64,000 nucleotides of DNA from Schmidtea polychroa. Its lineage: Eukaryota. Made by a program: the position numbers and the translations under genes. Below are positions 63,361-64,000 of this stretch, one piece after another; within the stretch, counting starts at the first letter, position 1, and each line of letters opens with the position of its first letter. The notes under the pieces are model-generated. The model had not been told where the DNA came from. It made no database searches and worked only from the letters and a program-made list of their open reading frames with translations. Where the stretch lies: the NCBI GenBank assembly GCA_044892525.1, contig CM097885.1:36828001-36892000 (forward strand). Reading direction: 5' to 3'.

Positions 63361-63860
63361 TCAATTAAAGTAAATAATGGTCCAAATTTTTAAATTAAAG
63401 TAAATAATGGTTCTAAAAATTAAATTATAGTAAATTATGGTCAAAATTTTTCAAATACAGTAAATTATGGTCCAAAAAATTAAATTACAGTAAATTATGG
63501 TTCTAAAAAATTATATTACAGTAAATTATGGTCTAAAAAATTAAATTACAGTAAATAATGGTCCAAAAATTTAAATTAAAGTAAATAATGGTTCTAAATT
63601 TTAAATTAAAGTTAATTAAGGTCCAAATTTTTAAATTAAAGTAAATAATGGTTCTAAAAATTAAATTAAAGTAAATTAAGGTTCTAAAAAATTAAAATAA
63701 AGTAAATTAAGGTTCTAAAAATTAAATTACAGTAAATAATGGTCCAAATTTTAAAATTAAGTAATCAAAGTAAAAAATTAAAATTAAAGTTAAATAAGTA
63801 AATTAAAGTAATAATTTTTTAAATAAGTAAATTAAAGTAAATTAAAGTAAGATTTTAAAA
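63361..63860. repeat. ~21-bp minisatellite
   Basis: AAATTA(A/C)AGTAAAT(A/T)ATGGT(T/C)C(T/C) units in tandem. Confidence 0.9.
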
Positions 63861-64000
63861 TTTATTAACAAAAAGTTGAAATAATAGAAGGTGTTTGAGA
63901 ATTGAAATTTTTTAATGAAAATTTTTATGAAAAATTTTTCAATGGTAATTTTTAATGGAAATTTTTATGGAATAATTTTTTAAGTTAATTTTTAATGGAA

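Overview
AT-rich eukaryotic repeat-dense DNA with no recognisable host gene and one 235-N gap. Base composition, short introns and the element mix suggest an invertebrate, possibly a planarian; this is inference only. Three layers are present. (1) DNA transposons: five hAT elements (three complete, with exact 8-bp TSDs), a split Buster-type hAT, piggyBac, mariner and Merlin-like remnants, and several MITEs. (2) A family of 2.2-4.3 kb solo-LTR-like units with TGTTGGG...CC(C)AACA-type ends and exact 4-bp TSDs, nested up to three deep. The full architecture is: A-rich 5' part, CTGATTGG+TATA promoter, an intron holding an antisense gene, a ~250-aa sense ORF (CxxC / coiled coil / EGTWF[ST]P / Arg-Lys-rich / acidic tail), then a ~140-nt RNA structure just before the 3' end. 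That structure is conserved by compensatory base changes across six divergent copies. (3) A Polinton/Maverick-like remnant in which a packaging ATPase, split by a solo LTR, lies head-to-head with a divergent TBP-like gene. The window ends in a satellite array. The strongest novelty candidates are the LTR-borne structured RNA plus accessory-gene system and the TBP-like gene. All alignments, translations and folds were done by eye.
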